Origin: Alphaproteobacteria bacterium
GTDB taxonomy: Bacteria > Pseudomonadota > Alphaproteobacteria > UBA7985
Assembly (NCBI GenBank): GCA_965661545.1
Contig: CBFIEF010000008.1
Span: 38,231 to 102,230 of the forward strand
DNA length: 64,000 nt
Reading direction: 5' to 3'
How positions within the stretch are numbered: the first letter of the stretch is position 1; every line of letters begins with the position of its first letter. Below are positions 38,032 to 47,200 of this stretch, in pieces. Position numbers and translations under genes: made by a program. The notes beneath the pieces are model-generated. The model saw only the letters and a program-made list of their open reading frames with translations, made no database searches and was not told where the DNA came from.

Positions 38032-39228
38032 TTGAAAGACGAAACGAAACTGGTTCACGGCCATCGTGGTCCAAAGATGGAACGTCTGGACGTTCGTACA
38101 GTCAATCCAGCCATCCAGCGCGGGTCCACTTATCTCTACGATAGCATTGACCATCTGCGTGAGGCCAAGGCCAAGGCCGTAGATTTGGGCATCGCGTCTT
38201 ATGGCATTGGTGGCGGCGATATCACGCTGCATTTTCAAGAAGCCTTTTGCGCCATTGAAAATGGCTTTCGGGGCGTTGCGGTGAACTCCGGCCTGCTTGC
38301 CTGTACCCTGCCCTTGATGGCGTTACTCCAGCACGGCGACCACCTATTGATGGTTGATACCGTTTACGGCCCCGTTCGAACCTTTTGCGATGGCTACTTG
38401 CCCCGCATCGGTGTGACCGTGACATACTACGATCCGCTGGCCACCATCGACGAGCTGGATGCCCTGACGACCGACCGCACGCGCGTGATCTATCTTGAAA
38501 CGCCGGGTTCGCTGACGTTTGAGATGCAGGACATTCCCGCCATTGCCGCATGGGCGCAGGATCGCAGCATCCGCACCATTATCGACAACACATGGGCGAC
38601 GGGGCTTTACTTCAAGCCGCTTGACCATGGCATCGACATCTCCACGCACGCAGCCACTAAGTATATGTGTGGCCATTCTGACGTGATTTCTGGGGCGATT
38701 GTCTGCAACAAAGATACCGCCCTCGCTGTCGAGCAAACCCGCGACCAGTTGGGCTTGGCCATGCCGCCCGATGAAGCCTACCTCGGCCTGCGCGGCTTGC
38801 GAACGATGGCGGTACGCCTGCCTGTTCACTGGCAAAACGGCCTGAAACTCGCCTCTTACCTCGCAGGTCGCGAAGAGGTTTCGAACGTTCTCCACCCCGC
38901 GATGGAACAAGATCCGGGCTATGCCCTCTGGTCTCGCGATTTCAGCGGTGCATCGGGCTTATTCTCCGTGGTCATGCGCAGCGATATCAGCTGGGAGCAA
39001 CTCAACGGCTTCTTGGGCGCGCTCAAGCTTTACGGTCTGGGCTACAGTTGGGGTGGATTTGAAAGCCTTTGTGTGCTGCAAAGTCCGAAGACCGTCCGCA
39101 CTGGCAGCCATTGGCCGCGGCCAGGCATTGGCACCGGCTACGTGCTGCGCTTCCATGCCGGGCTTGAAGATGCGGACGACCTGATCGAAGATGTTGAACA
39201 GGCCTTCCACGCCATGAAAGAGGCTTAG
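38032..39228 (+). CDS. metC: cystathionine beta-lyase (Cys/Met-metabolism PLP enzyme)
   Basis: KDETKLVHGHRG..., PLP-lysine context HAATKYMCGHSDVISG, about 398 aa. TTG 38032 follows AAGGTGG. GTG 38023 is the alternative start. Confidence 0.78.
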   Translation: MKDETKLVHGHRGPKMERLDVRTVNPAIQRGSTYLYDSIDHLREAKAKAVDLGIASYGIGGGDITLHFQEAFCAIENGFRGVAVNSGLLACTLPLMALLQHGDHLLMVDTVYGPVRTFCDGYLPRIGVTVTYYDPLATIDELDALTTDRTRVIYLETPGSLTFEMQDIPAIAAWAQDRSIRTIIDNTWATGLYFKPLDHGIDISTHAATKYMCGHSDVISGAIVCNKDTALAVEQTRDQLGLAMPPDEAYLGLRGLRTMAVRLPVHWQNGLKLASYLAGREEVSNVLHPAMEQDPGYALWSRDFSGASGLFSVVMRSDISWEQLNGFLGALKLYGLGYSWGGFESLCVLQSPKTVRTGSHWPRPGIGTGYVLRFHAGLEDADDLIEDVEQAFHAMKEA

Positions 39229-39231
39229 CCC

Positions 39232-39582
39232 ATGGACCTCCGCCCCGACGCGATCGACGCATTGCTCAGCAAAGTCACGTATAACAGCGATGGCCTCGTC
39301 GCCGCGATTGCTCAGGATGCCGAAAACGGCGACGTTCTGATGATGGCATGGATGAACGCTGACACGCTGCGGAAAACGCTCGAAACGGGGCGCGCCTGCT
39401 ATTGGTCGCGCAGTCGGCAGGCGTTTTGGCGCAAAGGCGATACCTCTGGCCATCACCAGACCGTGCACGATCTGCGCATTGACTGCGATGGTGACACCAT
39501 CCTCATGAAAATTTCACAAGTCGGCGCGGCTTGTCATACGGGTGAGAGGACTTGTTTCTTCACGTCAGTGAACGACCTTTAA
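39232..39582 (+). CDS. hisI: phosphoribosyl-AMP cyclohydrolase
   Basis: [55 protein letters not shown]...[10 protein letters not shown]. Confidence 0.93.
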   Translation: MDLRPDAIDALLSKVTYNSDGLVAAIAQDAENGDVLMMAWMNADTLRKTLETGRACYWSRSRQAFWRKGDTSGHHQTVHDLRIDCDGDTILMKISQVGAACHTGERTCFFTSVNDL

Positions 39583-39621
39583 GGGCAGACAAAAGTTCCT
39601 CTCGTACTGACACGGACTCCT

Positions 39622-40662
39622 ATGACCCTGCCTGCTGATCACCCACCCGTTAAATCACCGAAAATCGGCGTGATTCTGATGAATCTTGGCACTCCAGATG
39701 CCCCCGATGCCCCCAGTCTCCGCCGCTACTTGGCGCAGTTTCTCTCAGATCAGCGGGTGGTCGATTACCCCGCTTGGCTATGGCAGCCGCTGTTGCGGGG
39801 GATCATCCTCCGCACGCGACCGGCAAAGTCCGCTGCGCTCTATGCCAAAATCTGGGACTATGAGCGAGGCGATAGCCCGCTGCGTTTGATCCTCGGCGAT
39901 CAAGTCGAGGCTATGCAGGAACGCATTGATCCCAGCGCTGAAACCGTGATTTTCCGCGCCGGCATGCGGTACGGCAGCCCCAGCACCACTGACGTCTTGC
40001 ATGAATTGCAAGACATGGGCTGTCAGCAAATCATTCTTGCAGCGCTCTACCCGCACTACGCCGGGGCGACGATGGCGACGGGCTATGACGAAGCCTTTGA
40101 TTTCCTCAAAAAAGCCAACTGGCAGCCCGCCATTCGGACGATGCCATCCTATCAGGATCATCCAAAGTACATCGCGGCCCTGGCTGAATCCGTCGAACAA
40201 CACCTCAAGTCGCTCGACTGGGAGCCAGACGTCATCGTTACGTCCTACCACGGCGTGCCCCAGCGCTATCTGACCGGCAAGGGCGACCCCTATCACTGCC
40301 AGTGTCACAAAACGACGCGCTTGCTGGGTGAGGCCCTGCCCCATCTTGCAGACAAGCTGAAAGTCACGTTCCAATCACGCTTTGGCCCGGAAAAGTGGCT
40401 TCAGCCCTATACGGACGAAACCATCGATAAACTGGGTGAAGAGGGCAAAAAGATTGCCGTTATCACGCCCGGGTTCTCCGCTGACTGCCTTGAAACACTG
40501 GATGAGATTGGCAATGAAGCGCGCGAGGATTTCGAGGAAGCGGGCGGTACGCATTTCGCCTATATCCCCTGCCTCAACACAGAGCCAGCGCATCTGGAAA
40601 TGCTGGAAAGCCTCGTTCGGCGGGAACTTTCCGGCTGGTACCCGTTGCACGCTGACGCCTAA
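39622..40662 (+). CDS. hemH: ferrochelatase
   Basis: IGVILMNLGTPDAPDAPSLRRYLAQFLSDQRVV..., SYHGVP, and the FSADCLETLDEI motif. Confidence 0.93.
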   Translation: MTLPADHPPVKSPKIGVILMNLGTPDAPDAPSLRRYLAQFLSDQRVVDYPAWLWQPLLRGIILRTRPAKSAALYAKIWDYERGDSPLRLILGDQVEAMQERIDPSAETVIFRAGMRYGSPSTTDVLHELQDMGCQQIILAALYPHYAGATMATGYDEAFDFLKKANWQPAIRTMPSYQDHPKYIAALAESVEQHLKSLDWEPDVIVTSYHGVPQRYLTGKGDPYHCQCHKTTRLLGEALPHLADKLKVTFQSRFGPEKWLQPYTDETIDKLGEEGKKIAVITPGFSADCLETLDEIGNEAREDFEEAGGTHFAYIPCLNTEPAHLEMLESLVRRELSGWYPLHADA

Positions 40663-40782
40663 GCGCGCATATCTTGAAACATGAACGCTCGCGGCTCCCT
40701 TTTGACACGATACGCGCTCTTCCTGTTCAAGCGGGAACTGAGCATCCTTAGCCACTTTCTCATTCATGGCCGAAAACGGCGA

Positions 40783-41397
40783 ATGTTGATGGGCGCTTAC
40801 TGGCAGGCTTCGTTTCTGCCCGGGCTGCTGGGGCTTTATTTTGTCGTCATGCGTTTGGCGGGGATGGAGCTGGGGTCTTCAACGGCGGCGGTTTTGCTGT
40901 TCTGCGCGGGCGCCTTGGTGACGGAATTCCTGCTGTACGAGCAAAACAAGTTCACCTGGCCGATTTTTCAGCGGATCATTGCCCCTGAAAAGTTCAGCCG
41001 CGCGGTTAACGATCGCCTCGGCTATAGCGGCTTTCCGGGCCGCGACAGTTGGCGCCCGGTCGAGGCTAACGCGCCGGAGCAAGTTCGGCGGATTGTGCTA
41101 TCGAGCCTGCAGCAAACCCGGCAAACACCGCCCACGTTGCAAGCCTATTTGACGAAAGCGCCAGAGGTTAAAGTCGCTGGCATCATGACCGGTTTCACGC
41201 TTCTGATGATGTACGGCCCATCGGGCAGCTCAGCGTTTACGGTGCCGGTGCTGTCTTTCTTGCTGGGCGTAGTTTTACGCCGGGTGAAGCAAGGCATCGA
41301 TAGCGCGTTGGTCTGGCCCTACGTGGAAAACCTTATCGACTGGACCATGGTCAACTCACTGGCTGGCGGTCGCTACGAACGCGCAGAATTCAACTAA
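40783..41397 (+). CDS. hypothetical multi-TM membrane protein
   Basis: ORF with several hydrophobic segments (LLGLYFVVMRLAG, AAVLLFCAGALVTEFLL, VAGIMTGFTLLMMYG, VPVLSFLLGVVL). The start is uncertain: 40681 in the ORF track, ATG 40783 preferred. Confidence 0.45.
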   Translation: MLMGAYWQASFLPGLLGLYFVVMRLAGMELGSSTAAVLLFCAGALVTEFLLYEQNKFTWPIFQRIIAPEKFSRAVNDRLGYSGFPGRDSWRPVEANAPEQVRRIVLSSLQQTRQTPPTLQAYLTKAPEVKVAGIMTGFTLLMMYGPSGSSAFTVPVLSFLLGVVLRRVKQGIDSALVWPYVENLIDWTMVNSLAGGRYERAEFN

Positions 41398-41426
41398 GCA
41401 CCGTTCGCGCGTCCCTTCCCCACAAA

Positions 41427-41462
41427 CGCAAAAGAGCCCGCCGACCGTTAAGGCCTGCGGGC
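41427..41462 (-). terminator. probable terminator of the porin gene
   Basis: GCCCGC...GCGGGC stem with a 15-nt loop. On the minus strand it is followed by TCTTTTGCG. It lies 37 nt past the porin stop. Confidence 0.5.
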
Positions 41463-41498
41463 ATCTTCGCATTTATATTGTCGAGGTGCGTCGAACGC

Positions 41499-42668
41499 TT
41501 AGAACGTAATCGTCGCCGTCAAGCCAAACTCTTGGCCGTCGGAGGTCTTGAAACCTCGTCCCATGCCAATTGCCGTGGTGTTGTCCAAGGCCAAGGTCGT
41601 GACGTTGTTGTACTGCTTGAAGTAGCCACCGATGGTGACGTTCTTCGTCGCTTGAAACTCTGCCCCCACGCTCAAAGCCGTGCTGACTTCAGCAGAGGTT
41701 GGGAAAATCCCGCCAATGCCGGCGTCAAAGTAGGCTGGGCTGGTTGGAATGGTTGAGCCGCTGAGACACTCAGCTTCAAGGCTGGTACAGCCCCATTCCG
41801 CGCTGGTTACAGCCCGGTCCATGTCGATCGACAGCTTGATCGCATCGATTGCGGTGTAAGACACACCCAAGGACGCGAACTGACGCTTTACATCAGTTTC
41901 ATTATCGACAGACGCAAGCATCCAGTTGGAAACACGTTCCTGACCGATCGACACGCCAAGTTCAATATCACCGAAGTCCACACCACCCATTGCCGTTAGG
42001 CCGTAGTAGTCATCCGCCAGCAACTCGAGCACTGGATCCTGAATAGGGCTGGTAACGCCCTCAACACCGACGGTGAAGTCATACCCTGCGAAACCGACGT
42101 TGTAGTGCAACTGGCCCGAGAAACCCCGGTGGTCCAAATCGTAAGCAACTTCAGCATTCAAATCGCCAAAGTTCAGCGAGTAGCCCACTTCATCGCCAAC
42201 GAAGTCGCCGGAAAATTCTGTAGAGAAGAGTTTCGTCGAAATGCCAGAACCGCCCGCTGCGACGCTGTCTGCGTAGCTGTACAGGTTAGACCGAGCACCG
42301 CCCTCGCGGTAGAACAGTGTTCCCAAATCGCTCTGGATACCGAGCATCCCGCGCTGGAATGCGATCGCGCTACCTGTTGCGTCGAGCGCCATGTCCATTT
42401 GACCCAACCAAGTGAGGCCAGCGACATCGACGGATGCGGTTGTGTTAAGCGCACCGCTCAGGGCGCGGCTAGAACCAACAACGGCATCAGTTGCACCCAA
42501 GCCGCCTGAGATCAGCGGATCACCGGCTGTGTCTAAGGTATTAAAGATAGGGGAAGCGTCTCTATCGCTCCAGTTGAGGGTAACATGTCCACCCAACATG
42601 ACGTCCACATCGGCCAAGGCAACGCCTGGCACGAGGAGGCAAGAGGCGGCAAATAGCACCTTTCGCAT
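41499..42668 (-). CDS. outer-membrane beta-barrel porin
   Basis: Signal peptide MRKVLFAASCLLVPGVALA, alternating beta-strand pattern rich in G/S/D/Y, and a C-terminal ...GLTATITF ending in Phe. Confidence 0.75.
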   Translation of the reverse strand: MRKVLFAASCLLVPGVALADVDVMLGGHVTLNWSDRDASPIFNTLDTAGDPLISGGLGATDAVVGSSRALSGALNTTASVDVAGLTWLGQMDMALDATGSAIAFQRGMLGIQSDLGTLFYREGGARSNLYSYADSVAAGGSGISTKLFSTEFSGDFVGDEVGYSLNFGDLNAEVAYDLDHRGFSGQLHYNVGFAGYDFTVGVEGVTSPIQDPVLELLADDYYGLTAMGGVDFGDIELGVSIGQERVSNWMLASVDNETDVKRQFASLGVSYTAIDAIKLSIDMDRAVTSAEWGCTSLEAECLSGSTIPTSPAYFDAGIGGIFPTSAEVSTALSVGAEFQATKNVTIGGYFKQYNNVTTLALDNTTAIGMGRGFKTSDGQEFGLTATITF

Positions 42669-43086
42669 CGTAAAAACTCCGACAATATGAAATATGAACG
42701 AAAAAATTTTCGTTTTGAAATTAGATGGACCTTACGCGACGCCTAAGACCGTTTCAACTGGATTCGTGTATATTGTGTCGATTCGACAATTCCATGGCGA
42801 ATGTGTGATTTTTTCACCACAACTTGTTGATTCACTTGGTTTTACTAAATCCCTTTTTAGAGCCTTTATCAGCTTATTCATTTTGCAGTCGTCATAACGC
42901 TCGCATTCTACTTGAAGAACAAACCATGATATTAATTCTGTATTATCCCCTATATTTGGTGAAATCCTCTGGGTAACTGCATAATTTTTGATCAAAGATG
43001 AATTTTAGATAAATCAGATTCTCCTCGAAATCTGGCTTGGCTGTTGCAGCAGACAGTACAAACCAAAACAATGAGGAAATCGTTAG

Positions 43087-44544
43087 ATGAGCCCAAAACT
43101 TATCTTCTCTACTCTCGCCGTGACCGCCTCGAGCGTGGTTGCCGCCCATTCGGTGTGGGCTGAGGGCTATGTGAAATCGCACGGAACCCCGACGTATAGC
43201 GAAGGCTGCCACGTCATTACCCCCGGTCAGAGCTTAGAGGACAGCTGCGTTCCCGCCGCCGCCTACGGCGCGGCGCAAACTTACGGCGCAGCCTCAGCTT
43301 ATGGCGCGGCTTCCGCCTATCATAGCGCACCAATTGTGCAGGAGGGCCCTCGCCCGGTCATCCAGCAGCATGTGCAGCAGGTTCAAGAAATTCGGATCCA
43401 GAAGGTTCCTGTCGTAAAGCGCGTTTATGAACAGCGGATCGAGAAAGTGCCCGTGATCAAACGCGTGGAGGAAGTCCACATCCAAAAAGTCCCTGTTGTG
43501 AAGCGGGTCTATGAGGAGCGGATTGAGAAGGTTCCTGTGATCAAACGCGTAGAAGTGCCGATCATTGAGCGCGTTCCCGTGGTCAAGCGCGTCTACGAAC
43601 AGCGCATTGAGAAGGTGCCAGTGGTCAAGCGCGTGGAAGAAGTCCACATCCAAAAGGTTCCCGTCTACAAGCGTGTCGAAGTGCCGGTAATCCAGAAGGT
43701 TTATGTGCCACAAGTGGTTAAGGTGCCGGTAAAAGTCGTGCAGGAAGTGCCGCAGATTGTGCCAGCTGGCGTGGCCGTGCAGCAGCAGGTGCCGCAAATC
43801 CAGCAGCAGGTTGTCCCTGTTCGACAGCAAGCCGCGCAGGTTCATACACAGGCCATTCCAGTGCTGCAGCAGCGGCCACAAGTGCACGTTCAGCCCGTTC
43901 CTGTGGTTGGTCAGCGCGCTGTGGTACAGACCCAAGCGGTTCAGGTGCTACAGCAGCAACCGCAGGTCATTCGTCAGATGGTTCCGGTTGCACAGCATTA
44001 CGTCAACTATGCCCAAGCGCCCTTACACATGGGTGTGAACTGTGGGGCCGCCTATGCCTGCGGCACTGCTGGCGGTTTCTATACACAGCCTCAACCCGTT
44101 GGGACGCCGTCGGTTGTTACAAGCCGTGGGCCTACCAGTTACGTCACCAATGGTGGCGCGATCAACAGCTACAATGCTCACGCGGCTGTTGGACATGCAG
44201 GTGTACTGAAAACTGACGCCACAGGTTCATTTTCGAATTTGATGTCGGTAGAAGGCGCCGGAGCAATGGCCCAATCGAGTTTGTCGTCTTCGTCGTACGA
44301 CACGGCGGCATCATCCCAAGCGCTAACCTCGGCTTCGGCGTCAGGCACAACTGTTACCATCCAGCAGATCCCAAGCGATCTCAGCCAAGATATCTTTGGC
44401 TCAGTTGCAGACGGCTATGACGGGTCAATCGACTACGCATCAGATTTGGCAACTTCGAACTATGTCACCAACGGCTACACAACGGCTGGGGATGCGGCTG
44501 CCAGCTTTGTTCAGGGGGTGAACGTGAGTGGGTACTCGCAGTGA
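43087..44544 (+). CDS. secreted tandem-repeat protein (8 x 14-aa I-Q/E-K-V-P-V-x-K-R-V repeats, Q/V/P-rich middle, S/T/G/A-rich tail)
   Basis: Signal peptide MSPKLIFSTLAVTASSVVAAHSVWA. The repeat structure was read from the translation. No family was recognised. Confidence 0.7.
   Translation: MSPKLIFSTLAVTASSVVAAHSVWAEGYVKSHGTPTYSEGCHVITPGQSLEDSCVPAAAYGAAQTYGAASAYGAASAYHSAPIVQEGPRPVIQQHVQQVQEIRIQKVPVVKRVYEQRIEKVPVIKRVEEVHIQKVPVVKRVYEERIEKVPVIKRVEVPIIERVPVVKRVYEQRIEKVPVVKRVEEVHIQKVPVYKRVEVPVIQKVYVPQVVKVPVKVVQEVPQIVPAGVAVQQQVPQIQQQVVPVRQQAAQVHTQAIPVLQQRPQVHVQPVPVVGQRAVVQTQAVQVLQQQPQVIRQMVPVAQHYVNYAQAPLHMGVNCGAAYACGTAGGFYTQPQPVGTPSVVTSRGPTSYVTNGGAINSYNAHAAVGHAGVLKTDATGSFSNLMSVEGAGAMAQSSLSSSSYDTAASSQALTSASASGTTVTIQQIPSDLSQDIFGSVADGYDGSIDYASDLATSNYVTNGYTTAGDAAASFVQGVNVSGYSQ
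43396..43731 (+). repeat. eight in-frame 42-nt tandem repeats inside the secreted protein gene
   Basis: ATC-CAG/GAG-AAG/AAA-GT... units start at 43396, 43438 ... 43690, an exact 42-nt period. Confidence 0.9.
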
Positions 44545-44598
44545 TGAGCCCTCTGCCCCCGATTTCATGCTGCCTTACGCAGTCATGAAACTGGCTTT

Positions 44599-44635
44599 CC
44601 GCTACCCTCTCCTTATCGGAGAGGAGTAGCGGTTT
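44599..44635 (+). terminator. probable terminator of the repeat-protein gene
   Basis: CCGCTACCCTCTCC-TTATC-GGAGAGGAGTAGCGG forms a 14-bp stem with one bulge, followed by TTT. Confidence 0.5.
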
Positions 44636-44701
44636 GAAGGCCGCTGCTTTGATTTTTGGGCTCGGGCAGCGGCCTCTTTCTTGTCTTACGAGCCTTCCTT
44701 G

Positions 44702-45202
44702 CTAGATGGCGTCCCCAGCGAGGGGGCGTTCCATCAAGCCGCGGCTATCACCCGGCTCCCAAATGGATGCCAAAGGGCCATCGTACCAGCCGGGCACCTG
44801 GCCATAGAGATTTTCGCGCTCGGAATAGAAGAGCGGCTTGCAATGCGTGCCGCTTGGATAGGTCCAACAGACCTCGTCTTCTTCAATCTGCCAGAAGCCG
44901 GTATTTGCATCCTCTGCGCCCTCCCATCCATTGATGGTGGCACCGCTTTCCATGTGCAATTCCTGCTCTTCGCCAGATGGGTGCAGGAAGATCAGCGTAT
45001 TGCCGGTGAGCAATTCTCGCAGCTCATCACCATCGAGTGGACGGGTGAGAAAATACCGCTCACCCTCATAGAGAACGGACATCCGGGTCTCGGCTTCATC
45101 ACCCTGCCCAGCAGCACTGGCAACAGATGCCCCAAGGGCCAGCGCAATTGCGCCCGACGTAAGCGCAGAAAGCGCTGTTGCAGGTAAATTCGGCGTCTTC
45201 AT
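44702..45202 (-). CDS. small secreted protein, CWTY-motif family (paralog A)
   Basis: Signal peptide ...AIALALGASVASAAG. Its core YEGERYFLTRPLDGDELRELLTGNT...FWQIEEDEVCWTYPSGTHCKP aligns with the neighbouring gene product. Confidence 0.65.
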   Translation of the reverse strand: MKTPNLPATALSALTSGAIALALGASVASAAGQGDEAETRMSVLYEGERYFLTRPLDGDELRELLTGNTLIFLHPSGEEQELHMESGATINGWEGAEDANTGFWQIEEDEVCWTYPSGTHCKPLFYSERENLYGQVPGWYDGPLASIWEPGDSRGLMERPLAGDAI

Positions 45203-45211
45203 TCTTGCATT

Positions 45212-45871
45212 TTACTCCAACGTGAAGAGTTGCGGACCGCCCTTGTCGTCGATCGCACGATCAGCTTCATCAGGGTTCTGCTGCGGGGCAACTTCGGGCT
45301 TGGTCGGATTGAGGGGGCGCCGTTGGTTTGAATCCTGGCTTTGTGTCACCAGCCAGTGGACCTGACGGTTTGCCAGCCCCAGCGGGTCGCCAATCTCAAA
45401 CCGTGCCGGCATCAATGGTTGATCTGGGCCGACAGGCACAGCAAATAAATCGCCGCGCTCTGTCTGCCAAATCCGGCGACAAAAGGGGCCGTTGTAAGTC
45501 CAGCAGATGCGCTGATCGATAATCTGCCACGCCCCGGCGACGACCACGGTGCTGTTTTCATTCCACCGCAAAACATAGCCGTCAAAAGTGTGATACTCCC
45601 ACTGCGTTGTGCCATCTTCGCGATAGTAAACCCACGTGACACCGGGCATCATCAGCTTCATTTGATCGGTGCTGAGCGGCTTACCGGTCAGCTTGTAGAC
45701 CTGCCCCTCATAGGTGACTGTGTTGGGCAGCGAGTAATGACTTTCGGTTTCGACCTGTTGCTCCCGATCAGTGGCCCGCACCGCAGCTTCGTCCACAGCA
45801 AAGGCCGCGGGTGTGGTCACCAACACCAAAAGAGCCATCGTTAAACATCGAAAAAGCAGCATGGAATCCAA
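45212..45871 (-). CDS. small secreted protein, CWTY-motif family (paralog B, with Pro/Gln-rich tail)
   Basis: Signal peptide MALLVLVTTPAAFAVDE. Its core YEGQVYKLTGKPLSTDQMKLMMPGVT...AWQIIDQRICWTYNGPFCRR is paralogous to 44702-45202. Confidence 0.65.
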   Translation of the reverse strand: MDSMLLFRCLTMALLVLVTTPAAFAVDEAAVRATDREQQVETESHYSLPNTVTYEGQVYKLTGKPLSTDQMKLMMPGVTWVYYREDGTTQWEYHTFDGYVLRWNENSTVVVAGAWQIIDQRICWTYNGPFCRRIWQTERGDLFAVPVGPDQPLMPARFEIGDPLGLANRQVHWLVTQSQDSNQRRPLNPTKPEVAPQQNPDEADRAIDDKGGPQLFTLE

Positions 45872-46027
45872 GTCATTGGGGGTTCGATCTCAAATCTGGT
45901 CCTTAAATAGGGCAAGAGCGCGACGAGTGCATCAATCCTTTCGCGTTTCACACAACAGATTGAGCTTTTGTGAACACCGCGCTAGCGTTGGAGGAACACT
46001 GAGTTTTGTTTGCAGAGGACTGGACCT

Positions 46028-47200
46028 ATGCCCCTAATCAATTCGCTGGCCGATCACCTCGACGACATTCGCGCATGGCGTCATGACATCCACGCCCACC
46101 CCGAGCTGCAATACGATGTTCATCGAACAGCCGGATTGGTGGCGGACAAGCTCAGAGAATTCGGGCTTGATGATGTTGTGACCGGCATCGGGCGCACCGG
46201 TGTCGTGGGCGTTATTCGCGGCAAGGGCAACAGCAGTGGGAAGACGGTCGGCTTGCGCGCCGATATGGACGCCCTGCCCATTCAGGAAATCCGCGATCTG
46301 CCACACAAATCGCAGACCGCCGGCAAGATGCACGCGTGCGGCCATGATGGTCACACGGCCATGTTGCTCGGCGCCGCCCGCCACTTGGCCGAGAACCGCG
46401 ATTTTGACGGAACGGTGGTTGTGATCTTCCAACCTGCCGAAGAAGGCGGCGCAGGCGGCAAGGCGATGGTCGATGATGGTATGATGGAGCGCTTTGGTAT
46501 CCAAGAAGTCTACGGCATGCACAACGTTCCGGGAATGCCCGTGGGTACCTTTGCCAGCAAAGTTGGCCCCCTGATGGCCGCAGCGGATCACATCGAAATC
46601 ACTGTCGAAGGCAAGGGCGCGCATGCCGCCATGCCGCACAATGGCGTTGATACTGTGGTTGTTGCCTCAGCGGTTGTACAGGCGCTGCAATCCATCGTGT
46701 CGCGCAACGTCGATCCTTTGGATCAGGCGGTGATTTCGATCACGCAGATCCACGCAGGCGACGCGTTCAACGTGATTCCACAGACCGCTGAGCTGGCCGG
46801 AACAGTCCGGACGTTCCTGCCTGAAACCCGCGATATGGCAGAGCGGCGGATCGCGGAAGTCTGTGCCGGGGTCGCGGCGGCTTACGGCGCAACGATTACG
46901 CCTAACTACACCCGCAACTATCCAGCTACCGTCAACCATGCCGACCAAACAGGCTTCGCGCTGGACGTGGCAGCCGACATCGTTGGCGAAAGTGCGGTTC
47001 AGCGGGATATGGATGGCATGATGGGCGGGGAAGATTTCTCGTTCATGCTGCTAGAGCGACCCGGCAACTTCATTTTCGTCGGAAACGGCGATACCGCTGG
47101 CCTGCATCACCCCGAGTACGACTTCAACGACGAGGCCATTCCCTATGGCTGCTCATACTGGATTTCGCTGGTTGAGCGGGCGATGCCGCTGACGGCTTAA
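46028..47200 (+). CDS. M20-family amidohydrolase (hippurate hydrolase / N-acyl-amino acid amidohydrolase-like)
   Basis: WRHDIHAHPEL, MHACGHDGHTAML, FQPAEEGGAGG, and the HHPEYDFNDE motif. Confidence 0.85.
   Translation: MPLINSLADHLDDIRAWRHDIHAHPELQYDVHRTAGLVADKLREFGLDDVVTGIGRTGVVGVIRGKGNSSGKTVGLRADMDALPIQEIRDLPHKSQTAGKMHACGHDGHTAMLLGAARHLAENRDFDGTVVVIFQPAEEGGAGGKAMVDDGMMERFGIQEVYGMHNVPGMPVGTFASKVGPLMAAADHIEITVEGKGAHAAMPHNGVDTVVVASAVVQALQSIVSRNVDPLDQAVISITQIHAGDAFNVIPQTAELAGTVRTFLPETRDMAERRIAEVCAGVAAAYGATITPNYTRNYPATVNHADQTGFALDVAADIVGESAVQRDMDGMMGGEDFSFMLLERPGNFIFVGNGDTAGLHHPEYDFNDEAIPYGCSYWISLVERAMPLTA

Noticed and set aside
42732-42995. 87-aa minus-strand ORF (MIKNYAVTQRISPNIGDNTELISWF...) in the AT-rich region, considered as a possible small foreign gene.
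   Set aside because: It overlaps another predicted ORF on the opposite strand, has no SD that I could see, and lies in what is most simply the shared promoter region of the porin and repeat-protein genes. It is kept only as a remark under the AT-rich-region finding.
43396-43731. Regular 42-nt DNA periodicity that could superficially suggest a CRISPR-like or minisatellite array.
   Set aside because: The units are contiguous with no spacers, lie in frame inside a long ORF with a signal peptide, and vary mainly at synonymous or conservative positions. They are coding tandem repeats.
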